From positions 248,001-312,000 of IMG/VR virus record IMGVR_UViG_3300032242_003291: DNA of 64,000 nt. One strand, given 5' to 3'. Positions 49,404 through 59,663 of this stretch are shown one piece after another (positions within the stretch are counted from its first letter, which is position 1; every line of letters starts with the position of its first letter). The notes under the pieces are model-generated. The model made no database searches. It was not told the DNA's origin and saw nothing but the letters and a program-made list of their open reading frames with translations. Position numbers and translations under genes: made by a program.

Positions 49404-52400
49404 TTAACAAGCTACCGAACTATATGTTACGTTAGGATTATCGGTACCTGAAACACAACTTCCACAAATACTTGCACCCTGAGGGAAGTATTGTCCTTGT
49501 CCGTTACATACATCAGTTTGTCCACTATTTGTTCCCGCCTGAACAAGGACAAAGAATGATGCCGTACTATTCAAATAAATAGGGTTAAGACATTGTGTAC
49601 CACTATTACCATTTTGATAATAAACAGTAACATTCACTAGTGTATCCACACTAACATTATTATCCAAATAAACTGATGCACCCATAAAGTCATCAATAGT
49701 TCCTCCAACGCAAGGTTGCATAAACCCACCTGCTTGAGTTACTTTTGATGGTGGTTTTGTTTGACAAGTATTACAATCATCATAGGTTATTGTAGGTGCG
49801 GAAGAGAAATAATCTCCTGTAAACGTAATTGGCGTTGTATTTTGCGGTGCAATATAGTTAGAATCATATCTACCTAAATAAATCCAACAATTACCACTAC
49901 CATCTTTGAATGTTTGATTTGCCGATATTGTGAATGATAATGGTAATGTTTGTATTACTGTTATTATGTTTCCTGATATTGTTGAACAACTTTGGGCAAC
50001 ATAGACATATACTGGCGATGGAGTCATAGTCGGAGTTTCAGTTGGCGTTGGTGTGTTGGTCGCGGTTTCTGTAGGTGTTTGTGTCATAGTTGGAGTCGGT
50101 GTAGGTGTATCACTACCTGTTGGAGTTGGAGAACTACCAATAGTTGGAGTAGTCGATGGTGTTGCTGTTTGGCTTGCAGTTTGAGTTGGTGTTACAGGAG
50201 ATGTTGTAACAGGTGTACTTGTTTGAGTTGGTGTAGGTGTAGGGGTGTTTGTTGCTGTAGTTGTAACTGATGGGGTAGGAGTTGGATAGATTGAACAATA
50301 AGCACAAGAACCATATATTTGATATATGAAGTTAACAGTAGAATTAGATGAAATATTACTGTCGTCTCTTGTATACGTAACACACATATTTTCATTGTTG
50401 ATGTTTGCAAAGAATGTTGTTCCTGTAATAATACTTACCCCACTAAACACTAATGAATCTGAAGTATATAATTCTTTACCTGTATCACAATTTGTTAAAA
50501 CTTTTGCAGATACACAACTAAATCTCTCATCTAACATAACAAATGTTGCCTTACCTTGAACATCAACAGTTCTTGTTAACGTCACAGATGGTGTATTTGT
50601 TATTGTTGGAGTAATTGCTGGTGTGTAACCACTCATAGTGAATGAAATTGCTTTGTTATCACAAATCATTCCTGTTGGTGAAGGTGTTGGTGTTAAACCA
50701 AATGAGTTTATATCAAAATTAACATCAGCACAAGCAACACTCGGTGTTGGTGTTGGCAATGGTTCCCAATCACAATCAAAATATGCATTGAAATCAAAAG
50801 TATTACAATTGATTGGCGTTGGTGTTGGTGTAGGACAAACTCCTCCTGTGAATTCATTTGCAGAAATATCAGGACATTGAGAATAACATGGTGTTGCTCC
50901 TTGTAATATACAAGAACCACCAAGACTATTACTTAAACACCATGCACTTCCGTTATAATAAATGTATGCTGTTGTAACACCATCCCCAACATAATACTGT
51001 CTTGTATTATATGTTCCCGCATCCGTGTAATTTCCATTGTAATTCAATAGACTTGATAAAGATGACCTTAAACAAAATGTACTATAAGAACATGGTGCTG
51101 CGGTTGATGAAACCGTTGGTGTCATTGTTGGTGTTGTATATGGTGTTGGTGTTGGACTTGGATTTAATAAACACGATTTACAATCAGAATAACTTGGTGC
51201 ACCTAAATCGGGACCACCAGGACCTGAGAATTCAATCCAAGAATAACATTCTCCACTATAAATGTAAGTCGCACCAACAAATGCAGTGTCTTCTTCAACG
51301 TTTGCATAAAATACCGTTTGGTCTGTACACTTACTAAGTAAAGAGGCTTTATTAGCTGACCTTGGACAAATATTATCACCACATCCTCCATCAGTCATCA
51401 AGAAAGAAACCCCATATCCATTATATTGTGGACCTGTACCATCATTTATCACACTCGTTGCACAACCTGTAAATTGAGTGCTACCTGTAATATAATATGT
51501 GACACCAATTGTGGATGGAATTGCTGGGTCATTAAATCTAAAAATGTTAGTTGCGTTAGAACAATCTACAAATTGAACAGTATAACCTAATGTAGGTGAA
51601 GGTGTTGGAGTCTGTGTTGGCGTCTGTGTTGGCGTTTCAGTATTAGTTGGAGTTGGTGTTGGAGTATCACTACCTGTCGGTGTTGGCGTTTCAGTATTAG
51701 TTGGAGTTGGTGTTGGAGTATCACTACCTGTTGGTGTTGGCGTTTCAGTATTAGTTTGAGTTGGAGTCTGAGTTGGCGTTTCAGTATTAGTTGGAGTTGG
51801 TGTTGGAGTATCACTACCTGTAGGAGTTTGAGTTGGAGTTATTGTTGGGTCAGGTGTTGAAGTTGGTGTCGGGTCTGGTGGAGGTGCAATACATGCCAAA
51901 TCAAAACAATCCGCAGGTGCTGGAAATAATAAAGTATCTAAATCAAAATCAAATGGCTGTGGTGTTTGACTTGGAGCAACGTCAGGTAACAAATAACAAG
52001 TGTATATAGAAGTTTGAACCCAACTACCTTGTAAACCACCATTTGTACTTCTTCCTATTTTTGTACCTACACCAGTACAAGGTGACATACTATAATAGTA
52101 GTAGGACACGGAAGGTGTAGATGCTGGTGTTGAATCAGGTGTAGATGCTGGTGTTGAATCAGGTGTAGATGCTGGTGTTGAATCAGGTGTTGGTGTTGGT
52201 GTAGTAATATCACCTGGACAATATTGACCACAAGAACCCAAGTCGGTTAAAAATCCAACATATGGGCCAGTTATACTAATTGCACATACACTATCACCAT
52301 AATTTATATCTACGTTACTGTAACTTACATTATTACAATCTGTATAATAAAACCCACCGTAATTACCAGAATTATTATAATATGTGGTACATTGAATACA

Positions 52401-52724
52401 TGGGATTGTAGGTGTAACAGTTGGAGTTGGGTCTGGTGTTGGTGGTGGTCCACAAAGGATTCCAGTGTTAATGAATGAACTATTTAATGCATCAATTTGT
52501 GCATCATTCTGATAATAGAAAGCAGTTGTAGTTCCAAATTCATCAAAACAGGTTGAAGCACTATAAGTTCCTGAAGAAGTGTAACTTTCAGTTATTGTGT
52601 TACCTAAACAGTCTTGATACATCATATAAACTGTTCCGTCAACATATGGATAACTTCCGCTGTTGCCGAATGAGTTTGCAATGTCAACACCATCAATATA
52701 AAGCTCTAAATATTTACACGCCAT
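49404..52724 (-). CDS. large Cys-rich, mucin-like Pro/Thr-rich virion protein
   Basis: small Cys-rich domains separated by TPTPT tracts; TATTTAT at 52741-52747. Confidence 0.75.
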   Translation of the reverse strand: MACKYLELYIDGVDIANSFGNSGSYPYVDGTVYMMYQDCLGNTITESYTSSGTYSASTCFDEFGTTTAFYYQNDAQIDALNSSFINTGILCGPPPTPDPTPTVTPTIPCIQCTTYYNNSGNYGGFYYTDCNNVSYSNVDINYGDSVCAISITGPYVGFLTDLGSCGQYCPGDITTPTPTPDSTPASTPDSTPASTPDSTPASTPSVSYYYYSMSPCTGVGTKIGRSTNGGLQGSWVQTSIYTCYLLPDVAPSQTPQPFDFDLDTLLFPAPADCFDLACIAPPPDPTPTSTPDPTITPTQTPTGSDTPTPTPTNTETPTQTPTQTNTETPTPTGSDTPTPTPTNTETPTPTGSDTPTPTPTNTETPTQTPTQTPTPSPTLGYTVQFVDCSNATNIFRFNDPAIPSTIGVTYYITGSTQFTGCATSVINDGTGPQYNGYGVSFLMTDGGCGDNICPRSANKASLLSKCTDQTVFYANVEEDTAFVGATYIYSGECYSWIEFSGPGGPDLGAPSYSDCKSCLLNPSPTPTPYTTPTMTPTVSSTAAPCSYSTFCLRSSLSSLLNYNGNYTDAGTYNTRQYYVGDGVTTAYIYYNGSAWCLSNSLGGSCILQGATPCYSQCPDISANEFTGGVCPTPTPTPINCNTFDFNAYFDCDWEPLPTPTPSVACADVNFDINSFGLTPTPSPTGMICDNKAISFTMSGYTPAITPTITNTPSVTLTRTVDVQGKATFVMLDERFSCVSAKVLTNCDTGKELYTSDSLVFSGVSIITGTTFFANINNENMCVTYTRDDSNISSNSTVNFIYQIYGSCAYCSIYPTPTPSVTTTATNTPTPTPTQTSTPVTTSPVTPTQTASQTATPSTTPTIGSSPTPTGSDTPTPTPTMTQTPTETATNTPTPTETPTMTPSPVYVYVAQSCSTISGNIITVIQTLPLSFTISANQTFKDGSGNCWIYLGRYDSNYIAPQNTTPITFTGDYFSSAPTITYDDCNTCQTKPPSKVTQAGGFMQPCVGGTIDDFMGASVYLDNNVSVDTLVNVTVYYQNGNSGTQCLNPIYLNSTASFFVLVQAGTNSGQTDVCNGQGQYFPQGASICGSCVSGTDNPNVTYSSVAC
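51600..52200. repeat. near-perfect DNA repeats encoding Pro/Thr linkers
   Basis: GTTGGCGTTTCAGTATTAGTTGGAGTTGGTGTTGGAGTATCACTACCTG x3 (about 51628-51820) and a 24-bp GGTGTAGATGCTGGTGTTGAATCA tandem (about 52114-52190). Confidence 0.8.
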
Positions 52725-52828
52725 ATCATTATCTTACACTATAAATAACCAGTTATTTGTTTTTATACAAGAAAATATAGTTTTATCTAAAACTAAATAA
52801 AGGGCGGTCAGGACTATATTTATGATAT

Positions 52829-53005
52829 ATGAAACTTCTAAAGACAATAAAAAAAATTATACAAGAGGCTGAGGAGCAATACAACGCTGCGTCCGAAACA
52901 AATTTACCATTAGAAGAAATCGACAGATTAGAGAAACATTATAAAGATTCTCTCAGATTACTTAGATTGTATAATTCGAAACAAGAAAAAAAAGAAAAAA
53001 AATAA
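52829..53005 (+). CDS. small leader-bearing late protein (58 aa), not in ORF track
   Basis: MKLLKTIKKIIQEAEEQYNAASETNLPLEEIDRLEKHYKDSLRLLRLYNSKQEKKEKK*; TATTTAT at 52817-52823. Confidence 0.7.
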   Translation: MKLLKTIKKIIQEAEEQYNAASETNLPLEEIDRLEKHYKDSLRLLRLYNSKQEKKEKK

Positions 53006-53854
53006 TTATTTTATAGCCATACCAATTCCACCTTTGGAATATATTTTATATCCATTATTCTCAAGATAAGAAACTAAAGTATTTTTTTCATCATTTTCCA
53101 AATTAAAATCTTCGTAGATAATGAAATTAGGTAATTCATCAATTTTAATCGACAATAGTAATTTAGCATCAAGTCCTTCAACGTCTAAATGTATCCAATC
53201 CAATTTTTTATTATACGCTGAAAAATGATTAAATATTAAGTCATTTATTGATATTGAACTTCTTTTTGTAGAGTGTATTTCTTCTTTCTCCCAAAAATCA
53301 ATAACCCTTTTTATCACGCTATTTGTATACCCTTTTCCTCCTTCGTAAAACTCGACATCAGAACCATCGGTTGTAATTAAATTATTTACAAGAGTTACCC
53401 CTTGTTTTCCTTCGTAGTTTTTTTTCAACTCAATGAATTGTTTTTCACTTCCTTCTACAAGAACCATATCTGACATAAAATTTCTAACTAGTGGTACCCA
53501 TTCACCAAATTCACCGTCATGAGTTCCAATAACAAGACCTTTAGGTTTAATTCCTTTATTAATTAGTGATTTACAATAAAGCCATAACGATTTGTAAAAT
53601 ATTGACCCGTGTTGAATTACATCCCACCTGTATTGATAAATAAAATTGCCTTGGGCATCTCTAACTACAACATCATTCATTTCAGTATTTGGAAATTTAG
53701 CCCACATTTCATTAGTTAAATTTGTTTCCCAAACAATTTTTTTTGATAAGGCATTTTTAATTTGAAAATTAATCGGCAATTGTTCGGGTGTAAAAATACC
53801 CGTAAGGTTACCAGTTTCTATTTTAATATCATCGGAATAGATTATGTTAATCAT
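53006..53854 (-). CDS. FkbM-family methyltransferase with extra N-terminal beta domain
   Basis: IGTHDG, VLVEG, IHLDVEGLD, FIIYE. Confidence 0.75.
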   Translation of the reverse strand: MINIIYSDDIKIETGNLTGIFTPEQLPINFQIKNALSKKIVWETNLTNEMWAKFPNTEMNDVVVRDAQGNFIYQYRWDVIQHGSIFYKSLWLYCKSLINKGIKPKGLVIGTHDGEFGEWVPLVRNFMSDMVLVEGSEKQFIELKKNYEGKQGVTLVNNLITTDGSDVEFYEGGKGYTNSVIKRVIDFWEKEEIHSTKRSSISINDLIFNHFSAYNKKLDWIHLDVEGLDAKLLLSIKIDELPNFIIYEDFNLENDEKNTLVSYLENNGYKIYSKGGIGMAIK

Positions 53855-54396
53855 AAATGTTTGTCTATAAAGTTATCTATATTATCTGACCATAAGTCCA
53901 TGGCCTCTGTTTTTATTCTATCTTCAGTCCAATCCCACCAAGAAATTTTTAATAAAGATTCTATTTGTTTTTCACTGAATCGGTATTTTACTACTTTACT
54001 AGGATTTCCAACCACTATCGCATACGGTGGTACATCTTTAGCAATAGTCGCTGTTGAGCCAATTATTGCTCCGTGACCAATCTTAACTCCTGACATAATT
54101 GTAGACTTAGCGCCAATCCATACGTCGTTTCCAATTACAATATCCCCCTTACACGCAGGATGACCCATACTCATATGCATGTCTGCAATCTCAGGTGTGA
54201 CTGGTCCCCACAATTGTGAACTTGTTGTCACCCAATCAGGTCTATGATTTGCATGTAAAAAGAAATTGCAATCTCTTCCTATTGAAGTGTATTTTCCAAC
54301 GTGGATATGGTATTGGTCACTCCAAGAAATTATGTTAACATTTCGGTCAAAATACGTTCCTCTATCCGCGTGCCAAAGATGAAGATTTTCTATCAT
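53851..54396 (-). CDS. CatB/Vat-family hexapeptide-repeat O-acetyltransferase
   Basis: IVIGNDVWIG...GVKIGHGAIIG...KDVPPYAIVVGNP...LLKISWWDW. Confidence 0.9.
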   Translation of the reverse strand: MIENLHLWHADRGTYFDRNVNIISWSDQYHIHVGKYTSIGRDCNFFLHANHRPDWVTTSSQLWGPVTPEIADMHMSMGHPACKGDIVIGNDVWIGAKSTIMSGVKIGHGAIIGSTATIAKDVPPYAIVVGNPSKVVKYRFSEKQIESLLKISWWDWTEDRIKTEAMDLWSDNIDNFIDKHL

Positions 54397-57305
54397 TTTA
54401 TTTGTAGTACGTTATTATAAAGTTTAGTTTTACTGTTTGTTCCAACTATTTCAATAATATATGTCTTATCTGTTAAATGAATATTTGAAATGTAAAATAA
54501 AAAATATTGAAATAAATTTTGATTAGATAATGATTCGACAATTTCTCCATTAATTTGTTTTATTACAAAATCAACATTTTCGTTAATGCGTTTTGAGCCT
54601 AAAAAAGAATTTTTTTCAAAGAAAATTGTATCATTTTGATAATAAACCAAGACCTCTTCAGAATCTAAAACTGTGTTACCATAGTCTTTTTGTATACCTA
54701 TAAATCTTTCTTTTGTTTTTAGTCCGTGAAATACTGCAATATCATTTTGATGGTTTGGTAATTTAACATAATTAGAAATTCCTGTCATATGGAACGGATG
54801 ATTTACATCTGTAAACTTATCCATTTCAATATTATTTGTTTCTTCGATATCACATAAATGTAAAGCTTTTTGAAGATTATGTTTTGATAAAACCACATTA
54901 GCAGAATCTTCGTCATGTAATGTAAAAATTCCAACTTCAGTTCCTTTATATTCTTGATACATTTGAATTTGTTCTTCAAAAAACCATTTGGAGTTTGCAT
55001 CAAACAACATTACATTAGTTTTTCTCCTTGGATATACACAAACATTAACTCCTGCTTTGTCTGCCAAAATACCAACAGTATCTGTCCATTTTTCGCCTTC
55101 CCTAATTCCACTTAGGTATAGTCTATCATGGATATGGGAATTAATCAACGGATAATTTTCTAATTGGTTGAAATAAGTTGATATGTCGTCAGCCGATACC
55201 GTTAGATAAATGTCACTATCAATAAAAATAAATTTTTTATCAGGATATTGATTGATAACATCAATCATTAATTTTGGTTTACTGCTGATTATATTTTCAT
55301 CTCTACCCTTATCGTCTTTGTTACCTTTTTCAATATCAATTCTTCTTAAAATAAATTGCTCACTTGTTAAAAATTTAGATGGTATTTGATAATCAAAATT
55401 AATTGTATAAATGACACACTTTCTATTGGAATAATTATGTATTGATTCCATTAGATATTTTACTGTGGATGAATAATTTTCTGTAAATCCAAAAACCCAA
55501 TAAAAATCATCTATGAATTTTTTATCATATTTGGCATAAATTTGATTTCCAACTTTATCAAATTTTGTATGTTCTTTTTTATAAAAATGATACAAAAATA
55601 TTTCATCTTCGTTAATGAAGTTTTTACCTCCTCTCCAAACACAATCATATAAGTTTTTTCCAAATGAATTTGTGTTCATAGAATAAATCAACTTAACATC
55701 AAATTTATTCTTAGCCAATCTATCCATAACATCTTCTTCATAACATTTGACATCAGGACTTTGAAAACATTCAATAAATTCATTTGTTTTATAAAATGTT
55801 CTTAACTCCTCAGTATTTTTTATTATTAAAAAAGGGCCCGATAACCTATCATGATATGTTTTTTCAGCGACAGAAATTATATCATGTTTTCCGAGTAAAG
55901 GGTAAACGTATTTAACAACATCACCAAATAAAGTATCAATATCATAACATCCAAAATACTCATAATCCATTATATACTCCGAGAATATATCACCAAGAGA
56001 TGCTTTCAAGTCACAAGTTTTCTTGTTATTTTTCAATTCAATTTTTGAACCAACTAAGTTTGATATTTTATCAACAATATTATTAAGGTCTGTTTTGATA
56101 ACTCTATAATTTGGAGAATCTAGACTTATATCTTGGTCGGTTACAAATAAAAAATCAACATTTTTTAAATTTTTTGTTGTTTCATAATGAAACCAAAAAT
56201 AATCGGGTATTTTACCAAGCCATAATTGTATCAAAACAATTTTTTTTCTGTAATCTTTTTGTAATATGATTTCTTTTGTTTCCCTATCACGAAAAACTAT
56301 TTTTTTATCATCAAACCCTTTTTCGACAAATATCCAATAATTTAATTGAGGTTGTAAATCAAGACTAAAAAAATCAATTAAATTATTTTCAAACCCTTCA
56401 TATACTGAAATTTCAACTCTTTGCTCACTATATTTTTTATTTAAAAAATGAATCTTTTTTTTGTCGTCAGAAAAATAGGTTATTTCAATTTTTTTAGGAT
56501 TATTTTTCATGTACCTATTTTTTATTTTATTTTCGATTGCTATCTTATATTCGTCAGCATACTTATATTTTATTTTATCATTACTTTGAACTGAATTAAC
56601 AGGTTTTTGCCATCTAGTTTTATCTGAATCTATTGATACCGCAAACTGTACTCTTTCACACTCTTCTATTAAATGATTGATACCATTGTGTTGGTAACAT
56701 AATAAAAGAGCTCTCTCAATATTTAATGAATCTTGTTTTTCAAGAAATTTAAAATTATTTTCATCACATATATAATTACCTCCTCCTAATACTTTGTCTG
56801 AAAATTTACTGTCAAAAATATGATGTCTATCAGTGACACCGAAATATGATTCCGCTTCAGGAACGTATAACTTTCCCAAAGGTAATATAGGATGGTCTTT
56901 TACATAATAATAATCTGAACGAGATAATATTATCCTATCATATTCCAACAAGACATCTTTTTTATTTTTGAGGATATAATCTCTAAAAGCCAAAATTATA
57001 GCACCAGAACCGATGGCATTATCTATTCCACCCATAAAACCACTATGTTTATTAAGTTTGAAAATATAATCCCAGTTTCCTTCAAATGAATTTGAATAAT
57101 AATCTCTCCAATTATCATATTCGGGCAACTCCCAAATATATTTTGCTCTTTTGTATAATGAAGGAGTTTTATCATTTGTTTCTCCAAAACATAATGCTAA
57201 ATCTGCATTATAAGGAGATAGAAGATGTTTATAAATTGTCTCCCAAGTTTCTTCACCACCACGAGGATTACCCATTAATATGACTAAAGTTTTTTCCATT
57301 AACAA
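54393..57305 (-). CDS. multidomain glycosyltransferase-like protein (three catalytic-like modules, one DUF6625-like)
   Basis: IILSRSDY module; WLGKIPDYF...CDLK...YDIDTLFGD module; FIDSD (DxD) module. Confidence 0.65.
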   Translation of the reverse strand: MLMEKTLVILMGNPRGGEETWETIYKHLLSPYNADLALCFGETNDKTPSLYKRAKYIWELPEYDNWRDYYSNSFEGNWDYIFKLNKHSGFMGGIDNAIGSGAIILAFRDYILKNKKDVLLEYDRIILSRSDYYYVKDHPILPLGKLYVPEAESYFGVTDRHHIFDSKFSDKVLGGGNYICDENNFKFLEKQDSLNIERALLLCYQHNGINHLIEECERVQFAVSIDSDKTRWQKPVNSVQSNDKIKYKYADEYKIAIENKIKNRYMKNNPKKIEITYFSDDKKKIHFLNKKYSEQRVEISVYEGFENNLIDFFSLDLQPQLNYWIFVEKGFDDKKIVFRDRETKEIILQKDYRKKIVLIQLWLGKIPDYFWFHYETTKNLKNVDFLFVTDQDISLDSPNYRVIKTDLNNIVDKISNLVGSKIELKNNKKTCDLKASLGDIFSEYIMDYEYFGCYDIDTLFGDVVKYVYPLLGKHDIISVAEKTYHDRLSGPFLIIKNTEELRTFYKTNEFIECFQSPDVKCYEEDVMDRLAKNKFDVKLIYSMNTNSFGKNLYDCVWRGGKNFINEDEIFLYHFYKKEHTKFDKVGNQIYAKYDKKFIDDFYWVFGFTENYSSTVKYLMESIHNYSNRKCVIYTINFDYQIPSKFLTSEQFILRRIDIEKGNKDDKGRDENIISSKPKLMIDVINQYPDKKFIFIDSDIYLTVSADDISTYFNQLENYPLINSHIHDRLYLSGIREGEKWTDTVGILADKAGVNVCVYPRRKTNVMLFDANSKWFFEEQIQMYQEYKGTEVGIFTLHDEDSANVVLSKHNLQKALHLCDIEETNNIEMDKFTDVNHPFHMTGISNYVKLPNHQNDIAVFHGLKTKERFIGIQKDYGNTVLDSEEVLVYYQNDTIFFEKNSFLGSKRINENVDFVIKQINGEIVESLSNQNLFQYFLFYISNIHLTDKTYIIEIVGTNSKTKLYNNVLQIK

Positions 57306-57345
57306 ATTACCAATTGATTATTTAATTTAGTTTTTAAAACCACAC

Positions 57346-57924
57346 TTATTTTTTTTTGAATTTTGCAGGGACTCCAACGTAAACCCCACTTGTTACTATG
57401 TTTTTAACCACAGTCGCATTAGCACCTATTATTACATTTGAACTAACGTGTATTTTTTCTTTAATTGATGAGTTATTACCCATATAAACATTTGAACTAA
57501 TATTAACGTTTCCAGATACAATAGAACCTGGCATCGCACTAAAATAATCTCCAATCTTTGAATCATGACCTATTTGAACTCCTCTATTTAGTATTGCATG
57601 TGAACCTATTTTTATATTTGTTGTCAGTATTGAATAGGCCCCAATAAAACTACCTTCTCCTACTTCAATATAATCCAAAATTAATGCAGTTGGATGAACA
57701 AATGTAAAAAATTGGAGCCCTTTAGGTAATCGTTGAACCATTTCATACCTATCCTTGGAGTTTCCAATTGCAATCATTGCAACATGTTCGTTTGGGTCTA
57801 ACATAGATAATGGTGATGTTTCGCTGTCAACATATTTGTCGTCAACAAATCGTTCTAATTTAACCCCCATTTGTGCCATTACTTCTCTTGCATGACCACC
57901 ATTTCCAATTAATACTTTTTTCAT
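57346..57924 (-). CDS. NeuD/PglD-family sugar acetyltransferase
   Basis: IGNGGHAREV, AIGN, VHPTA, IGHD, YVGVPAK. Confidence 0.88.
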   Translation of the reverse strand: MKKVLIGNGGHAREVMAQMGVKLERFVDDKYVDSETSPLSMLDPNEHVAMIAIGNSKDRYEMVQRLPKGLQFFTFVHPTALILDYIEVGEGSFIGAYSILTTNIKIGSHAILNRGVQIGHDSKIGDYFSAMPGSIVSGNVNISSNVYMGNNSSIKEKIHVSSNVIIGANATVVKNIVTSGVYVGVPAKFKKK

Positions 57925-58565
57925 TGTTTGTAAATTTCGTATTTTGATAAATCTGGATATGGTAATTCCAAATCTAAATTATCTTTTTTACTTCCATCCA
58001 GATTATAAAATTGAGTCATCATCAACAATCCTCTTGCTGCAAGTTCAGGCATCATATAAAAATTCCAACCTAACATATCAAAATTATCGTCATGGTAAGA
58101 ACATTCTCTTCTACCACTAAATCTGGCTCTCTTAAACCATAACATCGCCTGATAGTCATCAGTAATTATTGCGCCTCCTTTACTCAATTTTAATGTCTTA
58201 TAAGGTCCTGTAAATGATAGACACATATGTGTCCCTGAGACGTACATATCCGCAGTAAACCTCAATGCTGAGTCAACAACATTACTTGGAAATAATCTGT
58301 AAGCCCCTTTAATTGTTTTTCCTTCAACAGGTGTGAAATTAACCTTCAATCCTGCATGAATTATCTCACAAGGAACCGAAGGATATGTCTTCGAAGGACA
58401 GTCTACAGTGTCTCCTGTAAATGACTTCTTAACATGTTTTTCATAATATAACGCTAAGAATAATGCGTTACTCATATTATCTAATGCAATAGCATGAGGA
58501 GCACCTGTGTAATCACACAATGTTTTCTCAAAATCTTCAGTAATTTTATGTACACCTTGTGCCAT
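57921..58565 (-). CDS. DegT/DnrJ-family PLP aminotransferase, short form
   Basis: FEKTLCDYTG..HAIA, DSA, LSF..YKTL..KGGAI.TDD, GWNFYM. Confidence 0.8.
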   Translation of the reverse strand: MAQGVHKITEDFEKTLCDYTGAPHAIALDNMSNALFLALYYEKHVKKSFTGDTVDCPSKTYPSVPCEIIHAGLKVNFTPVEGKTIKGAYRLFPSNVVDSALRFTADMYVSGTHMCLSFTGPYKTLKLSKGGAIITDDYQAMLWFKRARFSGRRECSYHDDNFDMLGWNFYMMPELAARGLLMMTQFYNLDGSKKDNLDLELPYPDLSKYEIYKQ

Positions 58566-58614
58566 TTAATTTAAGTTTTAGATTAAAAATATAATTGACA
58601 TGTTTTATATTTTC

Positions 58615-58660
58615 AACTTTATATTTTGTGAAACAAATCACCTTTTTTATGACCGATACA
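58615..58660 (+). pseudogene. remnant of the GT4 glycosyltransferase gene
   Basis: ATATTTTGTGAAACAAATCACCTTTTTTATGACCGATAC matches 62321-62363 (ILCETNHHLFYDQY). Confidence 0.75.
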
Positions 58661-59612
58661 TAATCTCGACGTCATTTATCAAAGTTAAATTTTCCTCAAT
58701 AGTGAAATCAATGTTAAAATATTTTATATCATTAATGAATGCCTTTGCGTTTTTTATATCTGTAATTTCAACTTTTTTTGTATTCCAAGTTTTTGGTTGA
58801 ATTTTTAAATTTGTAAAAAAATTGTCATTGATTATTAAATCAAGAGAAACTTCAATACTTGTTCCGTTATGAATAAAATAATTTAAATCATCACCACTTC
58901 TAAAAAAAGTAAAAGCAATTTTACTTAAAATATTTTCTGACATAATTTCACATTTTCCAAAATCTAAGAATTTCTCTAACTCTTGGTGATTCAATTTTAA
59001 TACTTTTTGATTTTCAAATAACAACTCATAAACAGTTCTTTCACTTGAAAATAAATCACTATCTAAATGAACTTTTTTATACAAGTCAAAGATTTTTTTA
59101 TAGTTGTATTCAAATGTTTCAAAGTGAAATTTTTCCAAATTTATTGAAATTAAATTTCCAATAATATTACCTCTGTCGCTCTCATAGATAACAACATCGT
59201 TGTTTTCAAGTTTACTTTTGTTTATTTCAAGAATACTCAAATCTTTGATTAGTGCGTCATATTCAAGAACATGAACTATTTTATATTCGGCATTTTTTAA
59301 AAAGGACAAAGGAAGTTGCCACAATCTAAGTATCGCAGGTACATGACTTGAAGGAAAGAAATAAGATTTATGCATAATATAAAAATCATCGTTGGCAAAG
59401 AATCTTTTTCCTTTCAATGAGTTGTCAGTAATAAATGGATTATTTTTATCATAAAAATAAAAATCAACATCTTCTACAATATCAAAAGGTAACACACAAT
59501 GACTGGCAATACAAATTTTATACTTTGAATTAATTTGACGAATTAATTTTTTTAAAATAAGTTTTTTTTCGCTTGTGTTTGAAAAATCCGTTATAAGTAC
59601 TATCTCACTCAT
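58647..59612 (-). CDS. putative glycosyltransferase-like protein
   Basis: ICIASHC, YFYDKNN, HVLEYDA; glycan-island context. Confidence 0.5.
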   Translation of the reverse strand: MSEIVLITDFSNTSEKKLILKKLIRQINSKYKICIASHCVLPFDIVEDVDFYFYDKNNPFITDNSLKGKRFFANDDFYIMHKSYFFPSSHVPAILRLWQLPLSFLKNAEYKIVHVLEYDALIKDLSILEINKSKLENNDVVIYESDRGNIIGNLISINLEKFHFETFEYNYKKIFDLYKKVHLDSDLFSSERTVYELLFENQKVLKLNHQELEKFLDFGKCEIMSENILSKIAFTFFRSGDDLNYFIHNGTSIEVSLDLIINDNFFTNLKIQPKTWNTKKVEITDIKNAKAFINDIKYFNIDFTIEENLTLINDVEIMYRS

Positions 59613-59663
59613 TATTCAATAATTTATTTCCATTTGTAATTTTATTTCAAAAAATAAAACCTT

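Noticed and set aside
53851-54396. Vat/CatB antibiotic-resistance gene
   Set aside because: Same fold family, but its position within a glycan-modification operon favours a sugar O-acetyltransferase
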